A DNA stretch of 64,000 nucleotides, taken from contig CAXXSL010000008.1 in NCBI GenBank assembly GCA_963675525.2, positions 64,001 through 128,000 of the forward strand, written 5' to 3'. The DNA comes from Anaerohalosphaeraceae bacterium. Its GTDB lineage: Bacteria > Planctomycetota > Phycisphaerae > Sedimentisphaerales > Anaerohalosphaeraceae. The notes beneath the pieces were generated by a model. That model had not been told where the DNA came from, did no database searches, and saw nothing but the letters and a program-made list of their open reading frames with translations. This document shows positions 1 through 10,617 of the stretch, piece after piece (within the stretch, counting starts at the first letter, position 1; every line of letters starts with the position of its first letter). Both the position numbers and the translations under genes were made by a program.

Positions 1-1300
1 CAATACCCATATCGACCAATCGGGTCAGTGCCCCGGGCGCATCATTCGTGTGAAGTGTCGAAAACACAAGGTGCCCGGTCAATGAAGCCTGCACGGCAAT
101 TTCCGCCGTTTCAAGGTCACGAATTTCGCCGACCAGAATGACATCCGGATCATGACGAAGAATCGATCTGAGGCCGCGGGCGAATGACAGTCCGGTTTTA
201 TTGGAGACCTGTATTTGATTGACCCCGTGAAGCTGATATTCGATCGGGTCTTCGATGGTTATAATCTTTCGCTCGATGTCATTGATTTGTGACAGTGCGG
301 CATAAAGGGTTGTGGTCTTGCCGCTGCCGGTCGGTCCGGTAACCAGAATAATTCCATGCGGGCGTTTGATAATCTCTTCAAAAACGGCCAAATCCCGGTG
401 GCCCATCCCGATCCTTTCCAGTCCCAGCAGAACAGAAGAGCAGTCCAGCAACCTTAAAACAACCGCCTCGCCATGCAGCATCGGAATAATCGAAACACGG
501 ATATCCACTTCTTTGCCGGAAAGAAGAACCTTGATTCGACCATCCTGAGGAACCCGCTTTTCCGCGATATCCAGATGACTGAGAATCTTGATGCGGGAGA
601 CAATGGCCGACTGAAACTGCTTGACTTTCGCCGGGATCACCGCTGCCTGGAGCACACCGTCAATCCGGTAGCGAACCTGCAGTTCATCCTCAAACGGCTC
701 GATATGCACATCCGTTGCACGCATTTCGATCGCTTCGGTCAATATCTGGTTCACAAAGCGAATGATGGAGGCCCCTTCTGCGGAATCCGACAGTTCCAGG
801 TCATCGTCTTCGATCTGGGTCAGGAACTGCAAACCACTGGCCTGAGCTTCATCCATCATCGTTTGAATGGTATCAGCTCCCAACCCCAGATATTTTTTTA
901 TAAAACGTGAAATTTCCGCCTGCGGTGCCAATGCAATTTCTAACTCATACCCCGACACCAGCCGGAGCTGCTCGACACCTGACAAATCAAACGGATCAGA
1001 AATCACCGCATGGATACCGCCTCCCTCAAGCTGGATCGGGGCAATTTGCCTTTCCAGTAAGATCCGAGGCGAAAACTTCGAGAGTAGTTCCTTTGAAGAG
1101 GAATACCCGTCGAGGTTTTCAAGATACGGACACTGAAATTCATCCGCAAGATGCTTTAACAGTTGATCTTCGGACAACTGCCCCGACTGAAGCAAGGATT
1201 GGAGCATCGTGGCGCCTTCCGTCGGCTTTTCATGGATGTCCGAAAGATCAGACTCTTTCAGCAAACCCTTTTGCTGTAAGCTTGAGAGGATTCTGTTCAT
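1..1300 (-). CDS. gspE: Type II secretion / type IV pilus assembly ATPase (GspE/PilB family); 3' end runs off the window
   Basis: Manual translation from ATG at 1300 (MNRILSSLQQKG...) is open to the window edge, with ATDVHIEP, RYRIDGVL, EKRVPQDGR, Walker A GPTGSGKTTT, TIEDPIEY, LRHDPDVILVGEIRD and His box GHLVFSTLHTND. Absent from the ORF track because the stop lies outside the window. Confidence 0.93.
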   Translation of the reverse strand, partial: MNRILSSLQQKGLLKESDLSDIHEKPTEGATMLQSLLQSGQLSEDQLLKHLADEFQCPYLENLDGYSSSKELLSKFSPRILLERQIAPIQLEGGGIHAVISDPFDLSGVEQLRLVSGYELEIALAPQAEISRFIKKYLGLGADTIQTMMDEAQASGLQFLTQIEDDDLELSDSAEGASIIRFVNQILTEAIEMRATDVHIEPFEDELQVRYRIDGVLQAAVIPAKVKQFQSAIVSRIKILSHLDIAEKRVPQDGRIKVLLSGKEVDIRVSIIPMLHGEAVVLRLLDCSSVLLGLERIGMGHRDLAVFEEIIKRPHGIILVTGPTGSGKTTTLYAALSQINDIERKIITIEDPIEYQLHGVNQIQVSNKTGLSFARGLRSILRHDPDVILVGEIRDLETAEIAVQASLTGHLVFSTLHTNDAPGALTRLVDMGI

Positions 1301-1347
1301 TTATGTTCTCGATCAACGATCACTCATTATTTTGAATGCCTGACTTG

Positions 1348-1902
1348 TCACTCAAGCGTTCCCATCATCACCAACATCGCCTCCTGCTTGAGACTTAACA
1401 CTTCACGCAATTTCTGCTGGGCAGCAACCAATTTCTGTTTATTTTTTTCCTTGGCACCTCTTAATGCATCCAGCTTGGCTTTGATCTCTGCTGCTGACGG
1501 AGCTTCTTTGTCAAGCGTCTTCTGCAAATCATCTGCTGCAATTTCCACCGGGTCGGTCAGGGGCTCGGCACTTTGCTCCTGGCGACGGCCTCCACGGCCC
1601 CGGCCGAACATCCGCATCATTCCGCGGGCACCCGACTGAGACAGTTCCATGACCTCACTCAAACGAGGTTTAATAACAGTCCATTCCTCGTCAGTCGTAC
1701 CCAGACGGTCCTTCATCATTTCCATCATTCGTTCTTGCATCGCCGCACGGTCAAAACCGCCCCGTCCCTGTCCATCCCGCCGGCCGCCTTGTCCCGGACC
1801 TCTTTGACCAGGTCTGTCTTCAGCGGCAAATACCAACGTTGCCCCCAATACACCACACAAAACGATACAAACCAGCGGCAGTAGTTTCTTTTGATTCCCC
1901 AT
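1348..1902 (-). CDS. Secreted hypothetical helical protein with Gly/Arg-rich segments, directly upstream of gspE
   Basis: 184-aa ORF with signal peptide (LVFA-AE), a Gly/Arg-rich stretch and amphipathic helices; AAGGA RBS-like sequence upstream. Confidence 0.75.
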   Translation of the reverse strand: MGNQKKLLPLVCIVLCGVLGATLVFAAEDRPGQRGPGQGGRRDGQGRGGFDRAAMQERMMEMMKDRLGTTDEEWTVIKPRLSEVMELSQSGARGMMRMFGRGRGGRRQEQSAEPLTDPVEIAADDLQKTLDKEAPSAAEIKAKLDALRGAKEKNKQKLVAAQQKLREVLSLKQEAMLVMMGTLE

Positions 1903-2243
1903 TGTCTTATTCCTTTACATAGAAGCCATTATCGGAGACTCCCCGCGGAGCCCTCACACCGCTAAAGTAGGGGAAAATAGCAAATAAGTTACATGAAATT
2001 CAATAAATTTATATGGGTTTTACACTTAAAATGGCTAAAATCCGGAAAGCTTACGGGAAATTTTGAAAATGAACCTGTCTGGAAATTGGTTTATAATGCG
2101 ACCCAAAAAAGCAAAAATTCGGAAAAATCAGATCAAAGAGGGAATTGAGTGAAGAATTATTGATTGAAACATGAATAAATCACGCTTATGGACCGGAAAT
2201 AACCAACGGCGTTTAAATGCCTATCTTGGTGGTGCGGTCGAGA

Positions 2244-2453
2244 TTACTTGTTGCCGGCCGGGTGTGTTTGGTGTTCTCTTTCTTCTTCTTTTTCCTTCTG
2301 GATGGCAATGTAAATTTCTTTACGGTGGACGGCGATATTGCGTGGAGCATTAATGCCCAATCGGACCTTATCGCCGCGTACGTCCACGATGGTGATTTCA
2401 ACATCGTCACCGATCATGATCGACTCATCCTTTTGTCTGCTTAAGACCAACAT
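2244..2453 (-). CDS. csrA: Carbon storage regulator CsrA
   Basis: [48 protein letters not shown] is a canonical CsrA signature. Confidence 0.96.
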   Translation of the reverse strand: MLVLSRQKDESIMIGDDVEITIVDVRGDKVRLGINAPRNIAVHRKEIYIAIQKEKEEEREHQTHPAGNK

Positions 2454-2782
2454 ATTTCACTCCTAAGTTTTCCGTTGCTGGTCGGTTACGCCTGCCCAGT
2501 AAATAATTCCCTGTGCAACAAGCAACCTTTTCCTTGTCTTTTACTTATACGTTTTTAAAAACACAAGGGCTGAAAAAAAACTCTCCCGTTAAAGCCCTTA
2601 TCAACGAGGCAGATGTTTTTTCGTCCATTTGAGATATTATAAGTAACGAATCTTAAAAAAATGGACCAAAAAACACGCACAAAGAAGTCCTGTTTTTTAT
2701 AAGTATATATAAAAGAACAGCTTAGGATTTGCTTTTCACAAAGAAAAATATCTATGCTCTAATAAATAAAAAAATTATCGGA

Positions 2783-3757
2783 CTATTTTTCTTCTAAAGT
2801 CTGTTGAGTAAGCCGCAGTGATACCCAATATCCTGTCATTGCCCCAATCGCCGAAAATGAGACAAACTGAGCCGGGATTATCGCGTATATGGCGTGCGGA
2901 AAGAAGTCTATTGGCCATGTTGTAACCATGTGTTCTAGTTTTGCTGAACCGATGATTTTTGTTAAAACTCCAATATAAAGCAAAAGTGCGCCGACAACGG
3001 CTGCATAGAAATGTATTTGAAGAAATCGTTTAATAAGAAAAGCTGCTAATCCGACAGATAAAAAGACACCAAAAGCTATTTGGCCATTGCCCGGGGTACC
3101 CACCACATAGCCAAGTTTCGGGTCGATTTGACGAATATCCTGAGCAAAAATCCCAATCGTAAAGTACACGACAATCATGGTTGCCACGATAGCGGCTAAG
3201 ATATTCACCAACTGCTTCTCTTTCTTTTCATCAGACGATTGCCCCAAAACCACTACCTTTGCGTTAACCAGTTTGGACATTAATGCAGTTCCTGCACATC
3301 CGGCCACACAAATCGCAAGCCAAAAAACAGATTCCCAGCGAAAAAAGGAATATAACTCGTTTCGCTGCTCAAATGTCGACTTGATCAACAGCAATTGCTT
3401 GATACCGCCGCTGCATAGCGCCAATACGGCCACCCCTGCAGGTGCGGCATAAGGGCCCAAAATACCCCCGATCGGATAGCAAACAAGCGTTGCAAGCCCC
3501 CCCGCAGCAAAAGCCAGCCCGACAAAGATCATAGCCTGAAAAATTGAAATTTGGCCCGTAAATAAACTAATCGCTCCGAGAGGATCCTCGGGTTTGACCA
3601 TTACATATCCTGCTGCGCCAACAACCAACACACCGGTACCCAAAGACGCCAGAATTCTGACTCGCATCAGCCAAGGTACATTAAATAACCCCAGCCCAAA
3701 ATAGATCAGGGCAACTGCGGCAATAACTTTTAATGCGATCGGATATAACCATTCCAT
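2783..3757 (-). CDS. Multi-pass membrane protein, unknown function
   Basis: 324-aa ORF with about 9 hydrophobic segments; AAGGA RBS-like sequence upstream. Confidence 0.75.
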   Translation of the reverse strand: MEWLYPIALKVIAAVALIYFGLGLFNVPWLMRVRILASLGTGVLVVGAAGYVMVKPEDPLGAISLFTGQISIFQAMIFVGLAFAAGGLATLVCYPIGGILGPYAAPAGVAVLALCSGGIKQLLLIKSTFEQRNELYSFFRWESVFWLAICVAGCAGTALMSKLVNAKVVVLGQSSDEKKEKQLVNILAAIVATMIVVYFTIGIFAQDIRQIDPKLGYVVGTPGNGQIAFGVFLSVGLAAFLIKRFLQIHFYAAVVGALLLYIGVLTKIIGSAKLEHMVTTWPIDFFPHAIYAIIPAQFVSFSAIGAMTGYWVSLRLTQQTLEEK

Positions 3758-3875
3758 TCATAAGTCCTTTCGATAGATGAGCATAAAATAACACGCCCGT
3801 CCCTGCCGGTCAAGATAAAACAATACCTTCGCCGGAACAGATTAATTTAAGGAAAATAAGAGATTGAAATCACGC

Positions 3876-4194
3876 CTTCGTATGGCAAAACAAAGACATG
3901 GGCATGATTACAACGATGTAAAAATGCTCCAAAGACAAGGGCCAGGCTGGCGATCCTGACGGCGACGAACTGACAGTCAAATGGGATATCCGGAAGGATG
4001 TCTCGGATAATCCTGTCACCGGCGGCGACTGAGAGGAAAGGACTCCGCCTATTGAGGAGACGATCATTTCGTCTGAATCAGACAAAGCCGTTATTAATCT
4101 GCCCACAGAGGAAGGAAATTAGCGAATATTTGTTTGTGTATATGATCTGTCTTGAAATGAGGCCGCTGTGGATCAGCCGATACGGGTTGAATAA
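3876..4194 (+). pseudogene. Decayed, internally deleted copy of the GH158/GH2-like gene at 60270-61592
   Basis: 3876-3941 reads LRMAKQRHGHDYNDVKMLQRQ (vs LRMAKPRHGDDYNDIKMLQRQ at ~60582-60648). It then jumps to DPDGDELTVKWDIRKD..DNPVTGGD*EER..GN*RIF..YDLS*...PIRVE* (vs 61343-61592). Contains in-frame stops. Confidence 0.9.
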
Positions 4195-4406
4195 CCGTTG
4201 GATACGAAAAAAATTCTGCAATATTCATTTGAAAAGTCAACCTTTGGCCACATATCCGCTATCTGTGTTATATCCGTAATTCTACGGATAAAGCTTGAAT
4301 TTCTGTTGGAATTTTGTTAGAATGAAGTGACAGAAATGGGGCGGATGTTGTATTTCGTGCCTGAGGTAAAACAACTCGATTATTTTCTTGTGTTCTAAAT
4401 GGTGAG

Positions 4407-7400
4407 GTGGGAATGAATGAACATCATAACGGGTTCACGTTTAAAAGCACGCAAACCCAATTCGTCTCTTTGCTACTAATTGCATTCTTCACTGTTTCGG
4501 CTCCGGCTGCGCTATATCCTACAGGAGACCTTGATCAGGATTTTACTGTGGACATTGACGATCTAATGATTTTTGCCGAACAATGGTTGAGCGAATCCGG
4601 ATGCACACCGCCCTATTGTGCCGAACTCGATGGTGTCAATCGGGTTACTTTATCGGATTTTTCCATTTTGGCTAAAAATTGGCTCGAAAACTATGGCCTC
4701 CCACTGGTCATTAACGAGTTCATGGCATCCAATAGCAGTGCCGGTGGTGTTGCTGATCCGCAGGGTGAATATGATGACTGGATCGAAATCCATAACGTCG
4801 GCGAAACCGCGATCGACCTGGGCGGAATGTATCTGACCGACGATCTCAATACCCCAATGACTTGGCAGTTCCCCAGCGACCGCCCCACCGAAACGACCAT
4901 TGATCCGAATGGCTTTTTAATTCTCTGGGCCGATGAAGATATCGCCGAGTCTTCCGGTCTGCACGCAGGCTTCCAGCTTAGTAGTAACGGAGAGGAAATT
5001 GGTTTATTTGACACCGACGGGACGACCCTGATTGACTCCGTTATTTTCGGCGACCAGGTTTCTGATGTCTCCTACGGCCGCTGGCCGGACGGCGCCAATG
5101 ACTGGCGTTTCTTTGCTGTTCCCACACCCGCTGCGCAGAATAATAATGCGTCACTTGGCCTTGTAGTGGATACAAAATTCAGCCATAATCGCGGCTTTTA
5201 CGATGCACCGTTTAATTTAACCATTACCTGTGCCACGCCGGGGGCTCAAATTTATTATACGACGGACGGCAGCGCTCCGGTAGAAAACGAGGCCAGCACG
5301 GCTACCAGCACACTCTACACCGGCCCTGTCTCCATAACATCGAACACCTGCATCCGCGCCGCTGCCATCAAGACCGGTTGGATACCCACGAACATAGATA
5401 CGCATACTTATATCTTTAACGCCAGCGATACAATCAAGTCGTTACCGGTATATTCAATCGTAGGCGACGAACAGAAATCCCTTTTTGAACCTTATGGAGT
5501 AATGGCGATTGTCGGCGGATATTACAGCGGTGGCGTCTGGCAGTCAGACGGAGCGGGAAGTTACAACAATCCGATGCAGCGAGGCACCGGATACGAACGG
5601 CCCGTTTCATTTGAGGTGCTCAATCCGCAAACGGGTGACAATTGTCAGATCGACTGCGGGATTCGCGTGGCAGGCAGCGATTATCATCGTCCTCGCTACA
5701 CTCGCGGCGATAACTGGGATTACAATTACGACAAATTCAGCTTTAAGCTTTTCTTTCGGGGTGAATATGGCAACAGTGATCTCGATTATCCGCTCTTTCC
5801 ACTGGCGGATACGGGCACTTTCAAGTCTTTTGTACTTCGCGGCGGGCATAATGACGTGCGAAATCCGTTCATAAGAGATGAAATGCTCAGACGCCTGCAT
5901 CAGGATATGGGCGGCGTTGCCGTAACAGGCACCGTCGTCAACTTTTTCCTCAATGGCGAGTTCAAGTCTTTTTACAACCCATGCGGACGCCTGGATGATG
6001 ACTTCTTCAGGAACTATTATGATGTGGATACCGACTGGGACGTCATCACGCAGCGAGCAGTACGTAACGGTGATGCCACTGCATGGAATGCGGCTCTTAA
6101 TTTTTGCAGATACACTGACTTGTCTGATACGTCTAATTATGCCCAGGCCGGCGAAATGATCGATATTACGGATTTTATTGACTACCTGATTATCCAGTTG
6201 TATTCGGCAAACTGGGACTGGCCGTCCAACAATTGGACCGTGTCACATGAACGGTCGCCGGAGGGCAAGTTCCGCTTCCATTGCTGGGATATGGAAGGAA
6301 CGATGGAATCGGGGTGGATTAACGGTTTTGGCTTCGATGATTTCCCAAGTTGGGGACCGGGAGGCCTCAACGGCCTGGAAACACAACTGGCCTGGATTTA
6401 TCGCGGACTTAAGGCCAATCCGGAATTTAAAGTGCTCTTTGCCGACCGAATTCAAAAGCACTTCTTCTATGACGGGGCATTAATACAGGCCAATATAGCA
6501 AAGCGGTATACTGAATTACGGCAGCAAATGTCTCAGGTATTGCCCGGGATGGATACCTCGATTCTCACCTACTGGATTCCCAATCGGCACCAGATCATGC
6601 TGGACAAGTTTACCTCCGAGAATCTCTTCCCGAGTCCGGGGCCCGATTTTCGTGTCAACGGCGTATCGCAACATGGTGGTTCCGTTTTTTCTACGGATAC
6701 GATCACCATTGTCAAAACGGGTTCATCAGGAACGCTCTATTATACGACCGATGGCAATGATCCGCGAACACCCGCTTATGCATCAGAAGAGGAAAATTTA
6801 ATACTCGATAATACCTCCAAAAAGGCATTCGTACCAACAAGTGATATCGGGACCGCCTGGCGCGGCGGCAGCGAGCCCTACGATGATTCAAGTTGGACGA
6901 GCGGAACCAGCGGCGTTGGATACGAAACGGGCTCCGGTTATGAAAGTTACATCGGCATCGATGTCAAAGAGGATATGTACAACAAACTTATGAATTGTTA
7001 CGTCCGAATCCCGTTTACTATCGACGGCGGCGAACTGCCCTACAGCAGCCTCGAATTAAGGGTTCGCTATGACGATGCTTTTGTCGCCTATATCAACGGC
7101 ACAGAAGTCTATCGCGTCGGTTTCACCGGCGAGCCAATGTGGAACTCCAACACCAGCAACAGCCATGAAGCTTCCGCCGCATGGGATTCTTATAATATTT
7201 CGGCCCATGTCGGAACGTTACAGGCCGGCACAAATATCCTGGCCATACACGGTCTGAATTATTCTACAGGCAGTTCGGACTTCCTGATCGCCGCAGAATT
7301 GGAAGCTTCCGCGGGTACTTTTGCAGCGGGTATTTCGCCGAGTGCGATCGAGTATGCGGGAGGCTTTACCATGCCTCAGAGTACGGAACTTAAATCACGT

Positions 7401-8960
7401 GTTCTCTTAACATCGGGGTTGTGGAGTGCCCTGCATGAGGCCACTTACGGGGTCGGCCCCGTTGCCGAAAGTCTGCGGATCAGCGAGATCATGTATCATC
7501 CCGCCGATCCGAACGATGAATTCATTGAGTTGGTTAACGTTGGCAGCGGCTCCATTAATCTGAATCTTGTACGATTCACCAAAGGTGTAGACTTTACATT
7601 CGGAGCGAACGTGCTGGGCGTTGGGGACCGTATTCTGGTGGTCCGCGATGAAGCCGAATTCATGCAGCGGTATCCGACGTTCTCCGGGCAGATCGCCGGC
7701 GAATACGAAGGCCGCCTGAATGACGCCGGTGATAAGATCCGTCTGCGGGATGCCTTGGATACCATCATTCAGGAGTTTACTTACAAAGACGGTTGGTATG
7801 ACATCACGGACGGCGACGGATTCTCCCTGACGATCCGGGACGCCTCCAGCAGCGACCCGAACGATTGGGATACCAAAGAAGGCTGGCGGCCCAGCGTAGC
7901 GGTCGGTGGTTCGCCGGGAACCGATGACAGTGGTGTGCTGCCGGACCCGGGCTCAGTGGTCATCAATGAAGTGCTGGCTCATTCGCACGCACTGGAACCG
8001 GACTGGATCGAACTGCACAATACAACCGGATTGCCGATCAATATCGGCGGCTGGTTCCTCAGCGATAATAACGATGACGACCCGAACATTATGAAGTATG
8101 AAATTCCGACCGGCACAAGCATCCCCGCGAACGGATATATCGTCTTCTATGAGGATGACCACTTCGGCAATCCCACCGCAACGGGAGTTAATACCCCGTT
8201 TGCCTTGAGCGAAGGCGGTGAGACGGTCTATCTGCGAAGCGGGCTCAATGGGGTCATCGGTGGTTATGAAGAATCCGAAAGCTTCGGCGCTTCGCCCACA
8301 AACATCGCATTCGGCAGGCATCTCAAGAGTCTGCTTGACGGCGGGGTGAACTTTGTGCCGATGAGTACCAATACACCGGAATCGGCCAACGCTTATCCGC
8401 AGGTCGGTCCCATTGTAATCACAGAAATCATGTACAACACAGAAGCGGTCAATACCGGTGGCGAATACATCGAACTCCACAATATTACCGGTTCCCCTGT
8501 AACGCTGCAGGATTCCGTTAGTACCGAGACTTCGCCGGGTGTGTTCAGCACGGATACCATTACATGGCAGTTCAGCGATGGCATCGATTTTGTCTTCCCG
8601 ACAGGGACGACAATACCCGCCAACAGCTATCTGATCATTGCCGAAGATCCGGCGGCCTTTACCTCATACTACGGCTCAATGCCGGCGGGTGTCAATGTGA
8701 TCGGTCCTTTCCAGAATACCACGGCACTAAGCAATGGCGGTGAGCAGATCCAGATCATTCGTCCCGGTGATCAGGAATACGGCAAGGATCGATTCTGGTT
8801 CCGTACCGATCGTGTGACGTACGACGATGACGCTCCCTGGCCGATCAGTGCTGACGGCGATGGAGACTCTTTGCAGCAGAAAACGCCGGATGTTGCCGGG
8901 GCCAATTATAGTAATGATGTCATCAACTGGAAGGCGGATACTCCGAATCCGGGCCAGTAA
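4407..8960 (+). CDS. Secreted CotH-kinase-family protein: dockerin-like pair, lamin-tail domains (LTD), Fn3-associated domains, CotH core, beta-sandwich, LTD x3
   Basis: Signal peptide; GDLDQDFTVDIDDLMIFAEQWL; LTD motifs VINEFMASN..DWIEIHN, ISEIMYHP..EFIEL, VINEVLAH, ITEIMYN; IYYTTDGSAP; CotH-like LRGGHND, NWDWPSNNW, WDME. Confidence 0.85.
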   Translation: MGMNEHHNGFTFKSTQTQFVSLLLIAFFTVSAPAALYPTGDLDQDFTVDIDDLMIFAEQWLSESGCTPPYCAELDGVNRVTLSDFSILAKNWLENYGLPLVINEFMASNSSAGGVADPQGEYDDWIEIHNVGETAIDLGGMYLTDDLNTPMTWQFPSDRPTETTIDPNGFLILWADEDIAESSGLHAGFQLSSNGEEIGLFDTDGTTLIDSVIFGDQVSDVSYGRWPDGANDWRFFAVPTPAAQNNNASLGLVVDTKFSHNRGFYDAPFNLTITCATPGAQIYYTTDGSAPVENEASTATSTLYTGPVSITSNTCIRAAAIKTGWIPTNIDTHTYIFNASDTIKSLPVYSIVGDEQKSLFEPYGVMAIVGGYYSGGVWQSDGAGSYNNPMQRGTGYERPVSFEVLNPQTGDNCQIDCGIRVAGSDYHRPRYTRGDNWDYNYDKFSFKLFFRGEYGNSDLDYPLFPLADTGTFKSFVLRGGHNDVRNPFIRDEMLRRLHQDMGGVAVTGTVVNFFLNGEFKSFYNPCGRLDDDFFRNYYDVDTDWDVITQRAVRNGDATAWNAALNFCRYTDLSDTSNYAQAGEMIDITDFIDYLIIQLYSANWDWPSNNWTVSHERSPEGKFRFHCWDMEGTMESGWINGFGFDDFPSWGPGGLNGLETQLAWIYRGLKANPEFKVLFADRIQKHFFYDGALIQANIAKRYTELRQQMSQVLPGMDTSILTYWIPNRHQIMLDKFTSENLFPSPGPDFRVNGVSQHGGSVFSTDTITIVKTGSSGTLYYTTDGNDPRTPAYASEEENLILDNTSKKAFVPTSDIGTAWRGGSEPYDDSSWTSGTSGVGYETGSGYESYIGIDVKEDMYNKLMNCYVRIPFTIDGGELPYSSLELRVRYDDAFVAYINGTEVYRVGFTGEPMWNSNTSNSHEASAAWDSYNISAHVGTLQAGTNILAIHGLNYSTGSSDFLIAAELEASAGTFAAGISPSAIEYAGGFTMPQSTELKSRVLLTSGLWSALHEATYGVGPVAESLRISEIMYHPADPNDEFIELVNVGSGSINLNLVRFTKGVDFTFGANVLGVGDRILVVRDEAEFMQRYPTFSGQIAGEYEGRLNDAGDKIRLRDALDTIIQEFTYKDGWYDITDGDGFSLTIRDASSSDPNDWDTKEGWRPSVAVGGSPGTDDSGVLPDPGSVVINEVLAHSHALEPDWIELHNTTGLPINIGGWFLSDNNDDDPNIMKYEIPTGTSIPANGYIVFYEDDHFGNPTATGVNTPFALSEGGETVYLRSGLNGVIGGYEESESFGASPTNIAFGRHLKSLLDGGVNFVPMSTNTPESANAYPQVGPIVITEIMYNTEAVNTGGEYIELHNITGSPVTLQDSVSTETSPGVFSTDTITWQFSDGIDFVFPTGTTIPANSYLIIAEDPAAFTSYYGSMPAGVNVIGPFQNTTALSNGGEQIQIIRPGDQEYGKDRFWFRTDRVTYDDDAPWPISADGDGDSLQQKTPDVAGANYSNDVINWKADTPNPGQ

Positions 8961-9082
8961 TTCATGAACCTGAATGCGCGTCTTTGCTGTATTCCCTTTC
9001 GGCAATGAAACGCCATAGATTAAATTCAGATGTCAAGGCAATGCCGTTCTCTATTAAATTGTGCGAGTCATTTCCTGATGTA

Positions 9083-10552
9083 TCAATAAATAAGCGTTTG
9101 AATGGAGTGCGGCAGTATCGTTTCTTCAACCGCCTGAAGTCCAATATACAATTTGTAGGTTATTTTTTGATCACTCTGATTCATCACAACCGTCACCATA
9201 GCTCCATCTTCATTCAAAAATGAAGTGCTTAACAAATGACTTCTGCTGCTGACCGTACTGACCCTTTTTGCGCCAGGACGAATAAATTTGGAAAAATGGC
9301 CGATGTAATAATAAGATGGCGTGTAAATTAATTCTCCTTTTTTCGTATCCGCATGAACCGGTGCAAAACAGAAGTTTCCAACATGATTAGGACCGCCGGT
9401 TTCGTCCAACAGGATATTCCAGTCCGTCCATCCCACCGTTCCTTTGTTGAAATCATTGATCATCGATTGTCCATATCGTTCCGCATTCGGCCAGTATTGG
9501 TATTTCGCAGCATCAAAACTTTCAACACACCCTTCCGTAAACAGCAAATGCTTGTCCGGATAGGACTCTTTAACGCGCGCCAGGTTTTCGTACATGTATT
9601 CGCCGCCGGCCCAGACCTCGTACCAGTGAAAACCAATCCCCCAGGCATATTGGGACGCCTCGGGATCATCAAATATGGTGTTGGCCCTGTTGGTGATCAA
9701 GTCTCTGTTATGATCCCAGACGACAATTTTTTTGTCGCCAAGTCCCTCTCGCTGCATGACCGGGCCAAGATGGTTTTTCAAAAAGTCTCTTTCTTCAGCC
9801 GCAGTGTAAATGCACGACTCCCACCGCTGCGTTGCCATGGGTTCGTTTTGAACCGTAATTCCCCAAATCGGCGCCCCCTCGTTTTCATAGGCTTTGATAA
9901 ACTTCGTGTAATACAGCGCCCAGGAGGAATAATACTCAGGCAGCAGTTTTCCGCCCCGCAGCATGTTATGATTGTCTTTCATAAATGCCGGAGGACTCCA
10001 GGGACTTGCGTATAACAGCAGTTTCCCGCCGGCCGCCTTAATTGCTTTTTTGATGAAAGGAATTCGGTATTGCCTGTCATGGTCAATGTTAAATGTATTT
10101 AATTCTTTGTCTTCATCCGAAACGTAGGTATAACTTTCGCTGCTGAAGTCACAACTGTGAATGGAGGTTCTTGCCAGTGTATAGCCGACCCCTTCTTCTT
10201 TGTCGTAGCAGGCTTTTAAAAATTCGTTTTGTTTGCTTTCCGGCAATTTGGCAAAGACTTCGGCTGAAGCATCCGTAAGAGATCCCCCGATCCCCAGAAA
10301 ACTTTGGAATCTTTTGTTGGGATTTACAAAAACAGACACTTCTGATTCAAGCGGCTGCCTGGCCGGCTTGAATGACTTATTGCCGGTCAACGCCATCCTG
10401 AGATCTGTACCCTCGGCAGTCGTATAAACTAAAACCTTTTTACCTTCGATTGAAAATGCCTGCCCCAAAGGTTGATGTTCACTCGCTAAGGAACATCCAA
10501 TGACAAACAGACCGAACACTGAAACCGCAATGTTTTTTTTCACAATAACCAT
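9083..10552 (-). CDS. GH30 glycoside hydrolase (GH30_1-like, probable beta-1,6-glucosidase), possible lipoprotein
   Basis: FLGIGGSLTD, ASPWSPPAFMK, TVQNEP, WDHN, FTEGC, WTDWN, GPNHVGN motifs; FVIGC lipobox-like. Confidence 0.88.
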   Translation of the reverse strand: MVIVKKNIAVSVFGLFVIGCSLASEHQPLGQAFSIEGKKVLVYTTAEGTDLRMALTGNKSFKPARQPLESEVSVFVNPNKRFQSFLGIGGSLTDASAEVFAKLPESKQNEFLKACYDKEEGVGYTLARTSIHSCDFSSESYTYVSDEDKELNTFNIDHDRQYRIPFIKKAIKAAGGKLLLYASPWSPPAFMKDNHNMLRGGKLLPEYYSSWALYYTKFIKAYENEGAPIWGITVQNEPMATQRWESCIYTAAEERDFLKNHLGPVMQREGLGDKKIVVWDHNRDLITNRANTIFDDPEASQYAWGIGFHWYEVWAGGEYMYENLARVKESYPDKHLLFTEGCVESFDAAKYQYWPNAERYGQSMINDFNKGTVGWTDWNILLDETGGPNHVGNFCFAPVHADTKKGELIYTPSYYYIGHFSKFIRPGAKRVSTVSSRSHLLSTSFLNEDGAMVTVVMNQSDQKITYKLYIGLQAVEETILPHSIQTLIY

Positions 10553-10617
10553 CCTTAGATAAACTGTATGTCCACACTCAGCTTTTTTAAAATCAAAATC
10601 ACATTGATATCACGATC

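Noticed and set aside
312..1335. Plus-strand ORFs of 78-145 aa
   Set aside because: Antisense shadows of the gspE frame.
2244..2453. CsrA control of the locus via GGA motifs in leaders
   Set aside because: The GGA motifs seen mostly coincide with Shine-Dalgarno sequences; no convincing multi-hairpin GGA array.
3870..4279. ORFs 3870-4106 (-) and 3998-4279 (+)
   Set aside because: They overlap the GH158-like relic in other frames and are better explained as pseudogene shadows.
4407..8960. Sporulation role for the CotH proteins
   Set aside because: No other spore genes; the diderm T2SS/PEP-CTERM context argues against it.
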